From: Patescibacteria group bacterium
Lineage (GTDB): Bacteria; Patescibacteriota; Patescibacteriia; 2-01-FULL-39-33
Length of the DNA: 64,000 bases
NCBI GenBank assembly: GCA_041650895.1
Contig: JBAZKF010000001.1
Span: 765,181 to 829,180, forward strand
Direction: 5' to 3'
In this document: piece by piece, positions 29,619 through 41,000 of the stretch
How the letters are laid out: the number at the start of each line of letters is the position of its first letter
How positions within the stretch are numbered: position 1 is the first letter of the stretch
Position numbers and translations under genes: made by a program
Notes under the pieces: generated by a model
Told to the model about the DNA's origin: nothing
Database searches by the model: none
Seen by the model: the letters and a program-made list of their open reading frames with translations, nothing else

Positions 29619-31265
29619 TTAGGATTTGCCTAAGATGATCGCAATGTCGGCGGAAGATTTTAAGCTAGCTGGCGCGGCAGTAGCGTCTACGCCGTAAATA
29701 ATTTGCAATTCTGAAGTGGTTAACTGGTATTTGCCGCCGCTTAAATCATAAATTTTTATCGTCGTATATCCCTTGGTGGCGGCGTTGCCGCTATTTATTA
29801 CATTAAATCCCTTGGTTTTCAAACGAGTCGCTTCTTGGCCGGCCCAGCCAGTTATCATTGTGCCGTTTAGCACTTCAATGCGTGCCCGTTCTTTTTGGTA
29901 AGTCGGCTCCCCTTGAATTGTCGGATCATCAGGGTATAGCTTGGTTGTATCAGCTGTAGTGATAATCGGTTTTGTTGCGGGGGTGTTGGCTGTGTCGTTC
30001 GTTTTTATGGTAGCAACGGTGGATGAGGCGGTGGTGGCTTTAGTGGAGGTAGTATCTTTGAACTCCGCCCATTTAGTCTTATTAATCAATAGGTCTTTGC
30101 CGATCTCCGGCAGGTAAATATTTTGCCAGATGAATTTAATTTTGTCGTAGTTTCCGCCATAGGGCAAAAGCACATAGGCACCGTTAACTATCTGATCGTA
30201 TAGAAATTGCTCAGTCCCATCAACTAAACTGTAGGTGATGACACCTTGACTGAAATCGATATCGCGTCCGAATTGTAAAAGACGCATCATTTCCCAAACC
30301 TGCAAATTAGTATGGACGTTTTCATTATACATCTCGAGTAGCCCGTTGATTTTTTGTGGATTAAAGAAAGTGCCGGGAGCGAGAATTTTGTCTTTTAGGG
30401 CCAAAAGGATTTTTTGCTGGCGTTTGGATCGGGCAAAGTCCGAACCTTCCACACCCAGGGCGTGGCGGCTACGGGCGTATTTGAGAGCCAAAGAGCCATC
30501 CATATGTTGCTGTCCTTTTTTGATTACCAGTTTTTCATAGCGGCTTTCAATTGGGTAAGAATCTTCACGTCCGCGGACGGGGTAGGAATAATCCACTAGA
30601 TCACGCTCTACATCAACATCTACGCCACCGAAATTATCAATCAGTTTTTCAAAACCGTCAAAATCAACCGTAGCGTAATACTGGATGTCAATATCTAATA
30701 GGTCAGATAAGGTCTGACGCATAGTTTCATCGCCACTGCCCGCTTTCTTTTTGTCGGCAATAGCGCGGATGCCATTGATTTTTACCCAACCATAGCCAGG
30801 ACTTTTGACGTATAGATCTCGAGGAATAGACATTAGGGCGATTTGTCTGGTTGATGGTTTATAACTGGCTAGAATGATTGTGTCGGCTAATTCTGCTCCT
30901 TCATGATCGCCGCCGCCAATACCCATAATTATGAAATTAATGCGATCTTCGCTTTCGCCCTTAAGCTCGCGATCGGCTGAAGTGATTAAGCTACCGACTT
31001 GGCTTAGCCAATTGAACTGGGACAGGTTTTTTATTAAATTTTCATTAGAGAAGGCGATGGAGGAAGAAAAAACGATAAAAGCCACAATGGAAGCTATAGC
31101 CAGGCTAATAATCAGTTTTTTAAAACTAAAACGCCGCCTGCGGGGTGCAGACACGGCTGGTCCGGCAGTTTCGGAATATGGCATAGTCTGCTGTTTGGCA
31201 GTAAAAGCCGGTTTTTCTTGGATTATTGGATCATTGATAAAGTTGACTCTGATGGGGTCAGACAT
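29619..31265 (-). CDS. LytR-CpsA-Psr (LCP) family cell-envelope phosphotransferase
   Basis: N-terminal TM anchor and the LCP core 'GGGDHEGAELADTIILASYKPSTRQIALMSIPRDLYV'. Confidence 0.85.
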   Translation of the reverse strand: MSDPIRVNFINDPIIQEKPAFTAKQQTMPYSETAGPAVSAPRRRRFSFKKLIISLAIASIVAFIVFSSSIAFSNENLIKNLSQFNWLSQVGSLITSADRELKGESEDRINFIIMGIGGGDHEGAELADTIILASYKPSTRQIALMSIPRDLYVKSPGYGWVKINGIRAIADKKKAGSGDETMRQTLSDLLDIDIQYYATVDFDGFEKLIDNFGGVDVDVERDLVDYSYPVRGREDSYPIESRYEKLVIKKGQQHMDGSLALKYARSRHALGVEGSDFARSKRQQKILLALKDKILAPGTFFNPQKINGLLEMYNENVHTNLQVWEMMRLLQFGRDIDFSQGVITYSLVDGTEQFLYDQIVNGAYVLLPYGGNYDKIKFIWQNIYLPEIGKDLLINKTKWAEFKDTTSTKATTASSTVATIKTNDTANTPATKPIITTADTTKLYPDDPTIQGEPTYQKERARIEVLNGTMITGWAGQEATRLKTKGFNVINSGNAATKGYTTIKIYDLSGGKYQLTTSELQIIYGVDATAAPASLKSSADIAIILGKS

Positions 31266-31525
31266 AGTATCGGTCGGTTCTGGTTTTTTTAAAAATAAAA
31301 GCAGTTAATCTGTTTGAAAGAGGCCAAATATAGTTGTTTATTTACTTTTTTAAAAATAGAATATCTTCATATATCATAACATATTGCTTTGATTTGATCA
31401 ATTGTGGAAAAAAAGCCTTTTTAGACCTTGATTTTTTCTGATGTTTTATGTTATTATTAGAATATAATAATTAAATAGTTGGGGATAACTCAATTGTTTT
31501 ATCTCTAATTGATTTTTAGTGTTTT

Positions 31526-32119
31526 ATGGATAATTATCAGGTTTCCGACGGTTTTAGTCCTAATCATTCACGGTGGCAGGCCATTTCCGAATTTATTTGG
31601 GAAATGGTCAGGGTGGCCATTATTTCTTTGGCTATTATTTTACCAGTCAGGTATTTTCTGATTCAGCCTTTTTATGTCAAGGGTGCATCCATGGAGCCTA
31701 ATTTTTATGATCATGAGTATTTGATTATTGATGAGATAAGCTATAGATTTAATGAGCCGCAACGTGGCGATATCGTAGTTTTTAAATATCCCAAAGACAT
31801 CAAACAATATTTTATTAAACGCGTCATTGGCTTACCTGGCGATAAGGTGAAGATTCAAGATAATGCTGTATATGTTAACGGCAACAAACTAGAGGAAACT
31901 TATTTATTGACTGGTACGGAAACGGTTTTGCCGGTACGCGGCTATGGCGAAGTGATCCTGGGTGAAGATGAATATTTTCTACTAGGTGATAATCGCGGGC
32001 AGTCGTTGGATTCTCGTATTTTTGGATTAGTCAGAAAGGATCTGATTGTCGGGCGGACCTGGATTCGTGGTTGGCCATTCAGTCGTTTTACTATTTTTAG
32101 CACGCCGGAATACAAATAG
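31526..32119 (+). CDS. lepB: signal peptidase I
   Basis: Box B 'VKGASMEPNF', box C 'GDIVVFKYP', box D 'IKRVIGLPGDKV' and box E 'LLGDNRGQSLDSR'. Confidence 0.85.
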   Translation: MDNYQVSDGFSPNHSRWQAISEFIWEMVRVAIISLAIILPVRYFLIQPFYVKGASMEPNFYDHEYLIIDEISYRFNEPQRGDIVVFKYPKDIKQYFIKRVIGLPGDKVKIQDNAVYVNGNKLEETYLLTGTETVLPVRGYGEVILGEDEYFLLGDNRGQSLDSRIFGLVRKDLIVGRTWIRGWPFSRFTIFSTPEYK

Positions 32120-32186
32120 TAACAGATAAGAAGTAAAAGTGAAACTATAAGATTTTTAATGATCAGTAATTGAAAATTTTTAAACT

Positions 32187-33692
32187 ATGCATAGAACTAA
32201 AAAAGTAGATAAGGAATTAGCCGATAAACCGAGAAAAAAACGTAGCCGTGAGTTTATCACGGTTACCGGCATGCGTGATGTTTTGCCGCAGGATCACAAA
32301 TATTGGCAACTGGCGGAGAATGTTGCTGTCAAAATTGCTAATGATTACGGTTATGGCATGATTGAGACGCCGATTTTGGAATATACCGATGTTTTCGCTA
32401 GGGGTATCGGTAAGCAAACTGACATTGTAGAGAAGGAGATGTTTTCTTTTATTGATCAGGGCGGGGATAATCTGGTGTTGCGCCCCGAAGGCACGGCCAG
32501 CGTTGCTCGTGCTTTTATTCAACATGGCCTATTGAATCAACCTCAGCCCGTGAAGTTTTTTTATTACGGCCCGATGTTTCGTCACGAAAAGCCTCAATCC
32601 GGACGTTTCCGTCAATTTTATCAAGCCGGTTACGAAGCGATTGGTGAAGACGGTCCAGCCTTAGATTCTCAGTTGATTTTGATGGGTTATAATTTACTTA
32701 ATGATTTGGGCATTGAGGCTGTTATTCAGGTTAATTCCATTGGTTGTCCAGATTGTCGTGAAGAATATAAGAAGGCCTTGGTGAAATATTATCGCCAACA
32801 TGCTAAGGATTTGTGCGAGAATTGCGAATCGCGTTTAGTTAAAAACCCCTTGCGCTTGCTTGACTGCAAAGAGCCGGGTTGCCAAGAGCTTAAGGCTGAC
32901 GTGCCTCAAATATTGGATTATCTGGACGATGGATGCAAGAAGCATTTTATGAAGGTTTTGGAATATTTGGATGAACTCGATTTGCCTTATACCCTTAATC
33001 CCTGGATCGTGCGCGGTTTGGATTATTATAATCGGACGATTTTTGAATATTGGTCAGTTGATGATCCTGAAGGTAAGAACGCTTTGGGTGGCGGCGGGCG
33101 TTATGATGGCTTAGTGGAATTGATGGGCGGACGAGAAAACACCCCGGCTTGCGGTTTATCGATCGGCATGGATCGCGTGATAGCAAAATTGCGCGAGAAG
33201 AATCTAGATGTGGCCGAATCTTACCAGCCCGATGTGTTTATTGCCCAATTAGGAGAAAATGCCAAGAAAAAAGCTATTGTTTTGTATGAATCTTTACGCC
33301 ATAAATTTAAACTGTCCCAGGCTTTCTATAAAGACGGCTTAAAAGCTCAACTTGAACAAGCCGGCAGATTGAAAATCAAGTATTGCTTGATTTTAGGGCA
33401 GAAAGAAGTTAGTGACGGCACGATTATGTTTCGCGATATGAATGGCGGTGTGCAAGAGATTGTTGATTTTAATAAAATCGAAACTGAATTGACTAAGCGA
33501 TTGGAGAAATATAGTGGTGATGAAGGAGTAGCAGTAATTGATACAGAAGAGACCAAGGCCGCCCTATCTCATAAGCGTTTCAAACATGATTATGGCGAAA
33601 GAGAAGCGGAAAATGATTTAAACGCGATGGATGAACCGGCCGAAGCCGCTGTTGAAGAGAGTACGGCAGACTCAAGCGGGGAGGATTACTAG
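32187..33692 (+). CDS. hisS: histidyl-tRNA synthetase (with acidic C-terminal tail)
   Basis: Motif 1 region 'GMRDVLPQD', motif 2 'FRHEKPQSGRFRQFYQ', and the class II core with an anticodon-binding domain. Confidence 0.9.
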   Translation: MHRTKKVDKELADKPRKKRSREFITVTGMRDVLPQDHKYWQLAENVAVKIANDYGYGMIETPILEYTDVFARGIGKQTDIVEKEMFSFIDQGGDNLVLRPEGTASVARAFIQHGLLNQPQPVKFFYYGPMFRHEKPQSGRFRQFYQAGYEAIGEDGPALDSQLILMGYNLLNDLGIEAVIQVNSIGCPDCREEYKKALVKYYRQHAKDLCENCESRLVKNPLRLLDCKEPGCQELKADVPQILDYLDDGCKKHFMKVLEYLDELDLPYTLNPWIVRGLDYYNRTIFEYWSVDDPEGKNALGGGGRYDGLVELMGGRENTPACGLSIGMDRVIAKLREKNLDVAESYQPDVFIAQLGENAKKKAIVLYESLRHKFKLSQAFYKDGLKAQLEQAGRLKIKYCLILGQKEVSDGTIMFRDMNGGVQEIVDFNKIETELTKRLEKYSGDEGVAVIDTEETKAALSHKRFKHDYGEREAENDLNAMDEPAEAAVEESTADSSGEDY

Positions 33693-33788
33693 GATAAGCT
33701 AAAATTGAAAAGCATTAAATGAAAATTTTCATTTTGAGCTTTCAACTTTTATATAATAATTAACCAAAAGAAAGAGAGGTGAAAAATT

Positions 33789-34034
33789 GTGGCAGAAGTA
33801 AAAAGAAAGAAGGGCGAGAGTTTTGAGGCGTTAGTGCGCCGATTTTCCAAAAAAGTTCAGCAGAGCGGCCGGATTTTGCAAGCCAAAAAAATTCGTTTTC
33901 ATAAACCGAAAAAGAATAAAACCGCCGTCAGATCAGCCGCTGCCCGCCGAGAAGAGATTACCGTCAAGCGCGAATATTTGAAAAAAATAGGCAAGCTGGT
34001 GGAAGAACCGACTCGTGGCGGATATAAGAGATAA
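33789..34034 (+). CDS. rpsU: 30S ribosomal protein S21
   Basis: GTG start with SD AGAGAGGTGA. The basic 81-aa protein 'VKRKKGESFEALVRRFSKKVQQSGRILQAKKIRFHKP' is S21-like. Confidence 0.8.
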   Translation: MAEVKRKKGESFEALVRRFSKKVQQSGRILQAKKIRFHKPKKNKTAVRSAAARREEITVKREYLKKIGKLVEEPTRGGYKR

Positions 34035-34188
34035 TTGTTTAAGGCCTTTAGGCCGCTTTCCAAGCTGTTTGATCAGGTTGGAAAGAGCGTGAAGGAACTT
34101 ATTTATAAGTTAAAATCCACAAAGTCCCAAACTGATAATTTCTAAATTTATAGGTTTTAAACTTTATAGATCTCAGGACTAAAATTAT

Positions 34189-34644
34189 ATGTTAGATCAA
34201 CAAATCAGCGAGGCGTTTATGACTGCCTACAAAGCTAAGGATGAAGCCGTTGTCTCCACTTTACGTTTGCTTAAATCCGCTATTGCCAATAAAAAAATAG
34301 AAAAACTGATGCCTAAGGAAGAATTACTTCCTGATGAAGATGTTCTGGCGGTTTTAAAATCGGAAGTTAAAAAGCGCCTGGATTCCATTGTTTCTTATAA
34401 ACAAGCGAATCGTGAGGAGTTGGCCGCCAAAGAACAGGTAGAGATTGATTTAATAGCGAAATTTCTGCCGGAACAAATGTCAGAGGAAAAAGTCAGAGAA
34501 TTGGCGGTTAAGATTGTAACTGAGCAAGGCCATCCAGGCATGGCCGGTTTTGGCAAGGTTATGGGATTGGTCATGGCCGCTACTAAAGGCGCCGCTGACG
34601 GTACCGTAGTTAGTAAAATTGTTAAGGAAGAGTTAGGTAAATAG
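34189..34644 (+). CDS. GatB/YqeY domain protein
   Basis: 'ISEAFMTAYKAKDEAVVSTLRLLKSAIANKKIE' matches the YqeY N-terminal consensus. Confidence 0.75.
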   Translation: MLDQQISEAFMTAYKAKDEAVVSTLRLLKSAIANKKIEKLMPKEELLPDEDVLAVLKSEVKKRLDSIVSYKQANREELAAKEQVEIDLIAKFLPEQMSEEKVRELAVKIVTEQGHPGMAGFGKVMGLVMAATKGAADGTVVSKIVKEELGK

Positions 34645-34702
34645 TTTGATCATTTTGGAAGGTGATAAATAATCGGACTTGATCCGAGTATAAATAGTAA
34701 CT

Positions 34703-37700
34703 ATGTCAAAAGCTTTTGTCCCCATGCAAAAGTTCTCTCGATCAAATTCCGCCTGGGGCGGAAATTTAAAGTCGTTTTTGATCGTGACCGGAAACACCAA
34801 ACGAGCGTTGGCGCTGATTTTGGTGTTTTTTATTTCTTTTTTCGGTTTTGTTTTCGCCAGCTCAGTCTTAGCGCAAGATGCTAATCTGCAAGCCGTTGGC
34901 CAAGCTGCCGGAATCGCTACCGAAACTTCACTCGCCACTTATATTGGTCGGGTTCTACAAGTCATTTTCGGATTATTAGGCGTGATCGTGTTGTTGCTTA
35001 TTATTTATGGTGGCTTCATCTGGATGACTGCCGGCGGTGATCCGGATAAGGTCAATAAAGCCAAGAAAATTATTTATAATGCCATTATCGGCTTAATAAT
35101 AATTTTCGCTGCTTTTGCCATCACCACTTGGTTGATGGGGTTATTTGGTCCAAGAGGCGGCGGTGCGGGTGGTGGCGGAGGCATACCCGGTGGACCGGAT
35201 GATTGGGGTCGTGGCGGTGTTGGCAATGGGCCGATTGAAAGCGTCTATCCTGCGGCCAATCAAACGAATGTGCCGATTAACACCAGAGTGGTTGTAACCT
35301 TTAAATCAAATATTAAATCCGACAGTATTTGCGTTCCTAATGCCGAGGGTTATTGTTCTAATAGTGCCAGTAAAAATATTGAAATTTGTGAGGCCGATAC
35401 AACGGCTATCCCGCGCAAATGCTTGGAAACCGGTGATTTTACCGCTCAAGCTTTTGATGGCGCCAATACAATTGTCACACAAACGCCGAATAATGCTAAA
35501 ACCTTTGTCTTTATGACCACCGGATCCTTCTTGGGAAAGGAAGATAATACCAACCGGGAATTCATGGTAACTCTAAAGAACGGCATTATTGCTTCTTCCA
35601 CCGGCGAATCTATTTTCAAGCTATGGAAAATGGATTATTACAGTTGGTCATTCAAGACTAACGGTAAATTGGACTTAGACCCGCCGCAAATAGTAAAATA
35701 CGAGATTTATCCTTATCCGGATACTGATAAGGATTTGTATTCGGTTTCTTCTCAGTCCACCTTAGGCAGGTCTACCACTACTATCTTGTCTCTGGCCGGA
35801 TTGAAGGCGGAAAAACCAATCAGATTGCAGGGTGAATATTTTCTAGGTCGGCCGCTAAAAAAGGAGTTGACTAACACTAGTGGTAATGCCCCTTCCGGGT
35901 TTAAGGCTTACGTCAGTACGCAAAGCGGTTTTGATCTTGGTGCGGGGACTGCCTCTTTTACCGTTTCCAGTGACGGCAGGACGGCTACTTTCTCCTCTGA
36001 TTCTCCGGCCCCGCTTATCAGCAAGGCTTTTACCATAGTTAATGGCGTAAGTTTTGATTTGGGTAATGGCCTGACTATTGCTGCTGAAGGTGGAACTTTT
36101 TCCCAGGGCAGTCGATGGATGTTCACCGCTGAAACGGCTGTTGCCGGCGATACCTATGCTATTAATAATGGCAGTAATAAAATTAACTTCATTTTTTCTT
36201 CCGATGCTTACAGTAATGGCGCAAATATTTCTAAGACTCAGGTTGGAGCCGATGGCCAACCAGTGACTGTTAATTATGTCGCCGCAGTCAAGGCAAATAA
36301 TATTGGTGATACGTTGGAAAATTTACGGAGTGCGATTGCTGGTTCTGAAGCCAAAAATTCAGTTAATGCTTTCATTGCGCCGATTGGTTTACTTAGATAT
36401 TTGATTATTGAGCCTAAAGGGTCCGGGGCTAATGCCTTAAGCATTGAAAAATCTGCGGCTAATGACACGATGACTGTCAGCGGTGATTTGTCCGGAAAAG
36501 ACAAAGCGCAGCTTAAGACTCCGCAAGGCGCGGCGCCCGATCCTTATAATAATTCCATTTTTTTTGTGACTTTCAATAAAGCGATTAACCCGCTGAATTT
36601 GTCCGATACTATCAGGGTTCAAAATCAAGTCGGTACCGTTTGGACTGATATTGCCGCAGAGAGAATCAAATATGAAATCTCCAACCAATACAGAACAGTG
36701 CAGATGACTGGCATTTATGCTTGCGGTAAGAATGCCTGTGGCAAAGAAAGGTATTGCTGGATTGACCCGTCGGCTGGAATTGCCGCTAAATCAGAGCCAT
36801 TTAGAGTGGCTGTTTCCGCGGCTGTTTTGCAGTCTTGTAAAGGCAAAAGTATAGATGATGTTGATAATGCTTGGTGTAAACGCTGGGGAGGGCAATGCGA
36901 GGGTGATGCTTATGATCGTTGCCGGAAGAATGATATTTATTATCCGCAAGCCGCCTTAGAAAGTACTACCGGTATTACGGATATGGCCGGTAACTCCTTA
37001 AATGGCAATTATACCAGTGCCGTTGATGATAAAGGTAAGGTAGTTGGTGCAGCTGATGGCCGTACAGGTCAAGCTACTGCCGGTACGTTTTACGGTTATT
37101 CCGGTAAAGCCAACCCCTACTTAGTCAACGATACTTTTATGGTTGAAAATGGCGTTGAGAAGCCGACTTATGATGCTAACCCCGCCAAAGGCGATGATTT
37201 TTCTTGGTCATTTTTTATCTCAACTGTTATTGATGATAAGTCACCATTATTATTTTCAATTCAACCAAAGGGTGACCAGCGTTGGGGGCAGGATATTAGT
37301 GAAACTTTCGGTGATCCGATTATTTTTGCCTTTGATCGTTTAATGAATCCTGCAACCCTGAAACCAGGATTTGGTTACGGCGAAGGATTGGCTGATAGAG
37401 ATTTTTATATTCGTTTTCTAATGTTGAATACGGTAACGCAGAATGCTAATCCTGTCGGTTATTGGGGCAGTGTAAAAAATTTGGACGAAGGCGATGTTTA
37501 TGGCCAGGGTTCGGGCGATGGCTTGATTGATTACAGTGCAGCTTTACTTGATCATAACCCCTACGATCAGGCGGTAACTTATGCGCCCGGAGCCGGTTCT
37601 GGTCTGGAGTCAATTACACAGAATTGTTATTTGCCCGGCGCCGGACCGCGGAACGCGGCCGCTGATTCTTCAGTGTTGCCCTCGGGTTGGGGTTATCAGG

Positions 37701-38023
37701 CCAATATCGAGTTCAATAAATGCCGTTATAAAATAGATGATGAATATAATACTGTAGGTTGTGTTACTGATTTAGATTTGACCATGCCGTCTCCCGTTAA
37801 TAAAGTCAACCCAGTTTCTTTTGGTTATATGAACTGCAAGGATATTGTCAGCGCTAAGCCGAATTGTACTAAAACTTGTATGGAACCAATTGCCACCTCC
37901 GCCGATGCAACTCAATTCAAATATGGCAGTTGGGTGATAACTAAGGATTTCCCTACCGCCGACGCTAGTGGAGTTACTCGGTGTTGTTTGGGAAAATGCT
38001 GCGATGGCGCCAGTTGTAATTAA
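34703..38023 (+). CDS. giant (1106 aa) secreted/anchored protein with N-terminal VirB2/TrbC-like (T4SS-pilin-type) helical hairpin and Gly-rich linker
   Basis: The order is signal-like segment, then 'VIFGLLGVIVLLLIIYGGFIWMTAGGDPDKVNKAKKIIYNAIIGLIIIFAAFAITTWLMGLF', then GGGAGGGGG, then a large Cys-containing extracellular region. The N-terminal module is paralogous to that of the next gene. Confidence 0.7.
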   Translation: MSKAFVPMQKFSRSNSAWGGNLKSFLIVTGNTKRALALILVFFISFFGFVFASSVLAQDANLQAVGQAAGIATETSLATYIGRVLQVIFGLLGVIVLLLIIYGGFIWMTAGGDPDKVNKAKKIIYNAIIGLIIIFAAFAITTWLMGLFGPRGGGAGGGGGIPGGPDDWGRGGVGNGPIESVYPAANQTNVPINTRVVVTFKSNIKSDSICVPNAEGYCSNSASKNIEICEADTTAIPRKCLETGDFTAQAFDGANTIVTQTPNNAKTFVFMTTGSFLGKEDNTNREFMVTLKNGIIASSTGESIFKLWKMDYYSWSFKTNGKLDLDPPQIVKYEIYPYPDTDKDLYSVSSQSTLGRSTTTILSLAGLKAEKPIRLQGEYFLGRPLKKELTNTSGNAPSGFKAYVSTQSGFDLGAGTASFTVSSDGRTATFSSDSPAPLISKAFTIVNGVSFDLGNGLTIAAEGGTFSQGSRWMFTAETAVAGDTYAINNGSNKINFIFSSDAYSNGANISKTQVGADGQPVTVNYVAAVKANNIGDTLENLRSAIAGSEAKNSVNAFIAPIGLLRYLIIEPKGSGANALSIEKSAANDTMTVSGDLSGKDKAQLKTPQGAAPDPYNNSIFFVTFNKAINPLNLSDTIRVQNQVGTVWTDIAAERIKYEISNQYRTVQMTGIYACGKNACGKERYCWIDPSAGIAAKSEPFRVAVSAAVLQSCKGKSIDDVDNAWCKRWGGQCEGDAYDRCRKNDIYYPQAALESTTGITDMAGNSLNGNYTSAVDDKGKVVGAADGRTGQATAGTFYGYSGKANPYLVNDTFMVENGVEKPTYDANPAKGDDFSWSFFISTVIDDKSPLLFSIQPKGDQRWGQDISETFGDPIIFAFDRLMNPATLKPGFGYGEGLADRDFYIRFLMLNTVTQNANPVGYWGSVKNLDEGDVYGQGSGDGLIDYSAALLDHNPYDQAVTYAPGAGSGLESITQNCYLPGAGPRNAAADSSVLPSGWGYQANIEFNKCRYKIDDEYNTVGCVTDLDLTMPSPVNKVNPVSFGYMNCKDIVSAKPNCTKTCMEPIATSADATQFKYGSWVITKDFPTADASGVTRCCLGKCCDGASCN

Positions 38024-38043
38024 AATTAAGTTAATAGGCGATC

Positions 38044-41000
38044 ATGCCTTTAAAACGTAAAGTACAACTTAAGATTGTTTTGTCTCTGCTAACTCTAGCA
38101 GTGGTTTTTGCCGTTGGTAATTTTGCATTGGCGCAAGCGCCTTCTGCTCCGACACTGGAAAGCTTGTCAGGAGTTTTTGGCACAGCCAGTTTGGGTGTAA
38201 TTATTGGGCGGATTTTACAGGTACTTTTTGGCTTGCTTGGGGTCGTTGTAGTGTTATTGATTATTTATGGCGGATTTATTTGGATGACCGCCGGCGGTGA
38301 TCCCGATAAAGTTAACAAAGCCAAAAAAACCATTTATAACGCCATTATCGGATTAGTGATTATTTTTTCCGCTTTTGCCATTACCTCTTTCTTGATGTAT
38401 TGGTTTAATCCGCAAAGCCAAGCGTGTAATCCCGACGATATCAGGTCTTGCAGTAGTGGCGGTTGTAGTGGTCAGCAAATTTGCGGTGATGATAGAATCT
38501 GGGGCAGTTGCGCCCAGACTGATCCAAATTGCGTGCCGAATTGTATCGGTGTTGATTGCTTGTTTGATGCTACTAAGAAAAGAGCAACTATCTGCGAGTT
38601 TTCTGATCCCGCTTTTCCCAATTGGCTGCCACAACGGCGCAGCCGTGAATGCTCAATTGGTTTTTTCGGCAGTGTGCAGGTTCCTAAAAGTCCGACCCTG
38701 CAGGTGAGAGTTTATTCGTATAATTCCGAAGATACGATCAGTGACTTATCGTTGTTTGATTTAAAAAATTCTACTGAAACGCAAATTGGCGCGGTTAATG
38801 TCTCCTCGCAGACAGTCACCATAAACGGCCAGCAGTATAATGCCGCCTCCACTACCTTCCCCTGGGATACTTTCTCGGTTGAATATAGAGATTTAACTTC
38901 CACAACTTTAAGGTCTTTTGCCAACAGTAAGTCATACTATTCCAATAAAGTTCAAATAAAATTTTCTCCCGACCATTGCTTTAACGGTAAAAAGGATGCC
39001 GATGAGCAAGGTATTGATTGCGGTGGCGGTTGCACTCAGAATTGTCCGGATTTTCCCTGTACTCGCCCTGAAAATTTAGTATGTGATGATGTTAACTGCA
39101 CTAATTATTGCGGTGCTAACTGCTATTGTGTCGGAAATCCGACGATTAGTTGGGTGGATCCTTCTTTTGATATTAATAGTGACAGCGATCTGAGCAGTAT
39201 CAGTACCTTGGATGATGATATTGGCTATGGCGCTAGTGGCAACTATTTAACCATTTATGGTCGCGGTTTTGGCCAGATCGTCGGTGAAGTAAGATTTGTC
39301 GCCAAAGGAGATGGTGTTGTAATTTTAGCCAGGCTGGCCGATTGCGTCACGGCGTGGCAAGACAATAAAATCATTATTGAGGTGCCGGCAGGGTTGAATT
39401 CAGTTAATGATCTACCGGCTAATTATGATATTGAGGTAATCAATAAAACTAAACCGCAAATGCCACTGACGAGCAATACTTGGTCGTTTTTAGCAAATAA
39501 TATCAAGTTACCTGGCTTATGTTTGATCGATCCGACTAGCGGGATTTTTCCGACAGCCGTCGACTTGAATGGCCGCGGCTTTACTGCCGACGGCGCGAGT
39601 AAGGTGATTTGGTATATTAGAAATGTTGGTGTTAATTTTGGTAATCTAATTGGTATAACTTCCACCGCCGCCACTTCTTGGACTAGTACCGCAGTCAAAG
39701 ACATAGTGCCGGAAAATAAACGTGGCAGTTCAGCAGTAAAAGTTTATAATAAGGGTTATAGCAATTCGGTCTTATTTAATATTGGCAACGGCTCGGAGGG
39801 CGATCCGTGTGGCGAAAATATCGGTAGTGATCCGGCGGTATGTTTGGCTTCAAGTGAAGATTGTAAGAATAATTTATCTTGTCAGGGTTGCAGTAATAGA
39901 GTGGAAGATATTGGTAAATGGTTTTATCGCGCTGACTGTGATATGGGTAAGAACTGCACTTGCCAGAAGTCAGTTGGTCAAGAGTGTGTTTATAATTCTG
40001 ATCCGGAGCAAAATGCTATTACTGGTTGCGACCTGGGAGGATGCCTGGGAAAAAGAACTTGCCGAGCGGATAATACGTGGGGTACTTGTGTTAAGGAAGA
40101 TCCTAATTGCGTTTCTTATTTAGGGGTCACACCGGCTTCGTTGGGTCTGTATTCTTGGTCGTTTTTGGCTTCGCTTGCTCCACAATCCGGCCGTCGTTGT
40201 TTGTCTGATTTATGGCACGACGGTACCTGTGATCCGCAAAATTGTGGCAGTAATTTGGGTTGCGATACTACAAAGTCTGATGAGGAATGGGTGGAAATTT
40301 ATAATCCTACTGCTTCCGATATCAGTTTGGATAATTGGCGTATCGTCTATTCCGGCAAGCAAGAGAGTGTTGACGATTTATTAAACGACGGCAGTGCCGT
40401 AACTTACTATATACCGAGAGGCGTTACTTTGAAAGTTGGAGATTATTTTGTTGTTAGTACTTCAACTCTCAGCCCTAGCAACAATTTTAAACTCAATAAG
40501 AATCAAGGTACTATTGCTTTTGTCAAGGATCAGGAAGATGAGGTTGCTGATGTGGTTGTTTATGGTTCTTCTACAGTAGCTTTTTCACCCGGTTCTTGGG
40601 GCAGGAAGGTTGACGGTTTAGATACTGGTTCAGTCAGTGATTTTATTTATTTTTCTAATTCTTCAGCTGGCCAAGAAAATGCGGTTGGTAAATCGTCTTC
40701 TACTGATCACTTAGTTATTAATGAGATTTCTCTTGCTCATGACGCTTGCACTTGCGTGCCAAAAACCCAGCTGTGCACACCCAACCAAGTGGATTTGAAG
40801 AGTTGTCCGGTTTTGGGTAATTGCAAGCAGCAGCGTGTTTGCCAGACCAGTGGCCATTGGGGTGGTTGCGAACCATTGCCTAACCAAGTTTGTTATCCGA
40901 CGGGACAACAGGCTTCTTTGTCGTTATATTCTTGGACGTTTTTAGCGACTCACGAGTTGGGTCCCAAAAAGTTTTATGTTGTAGTAGATTGTTCTCGCAA

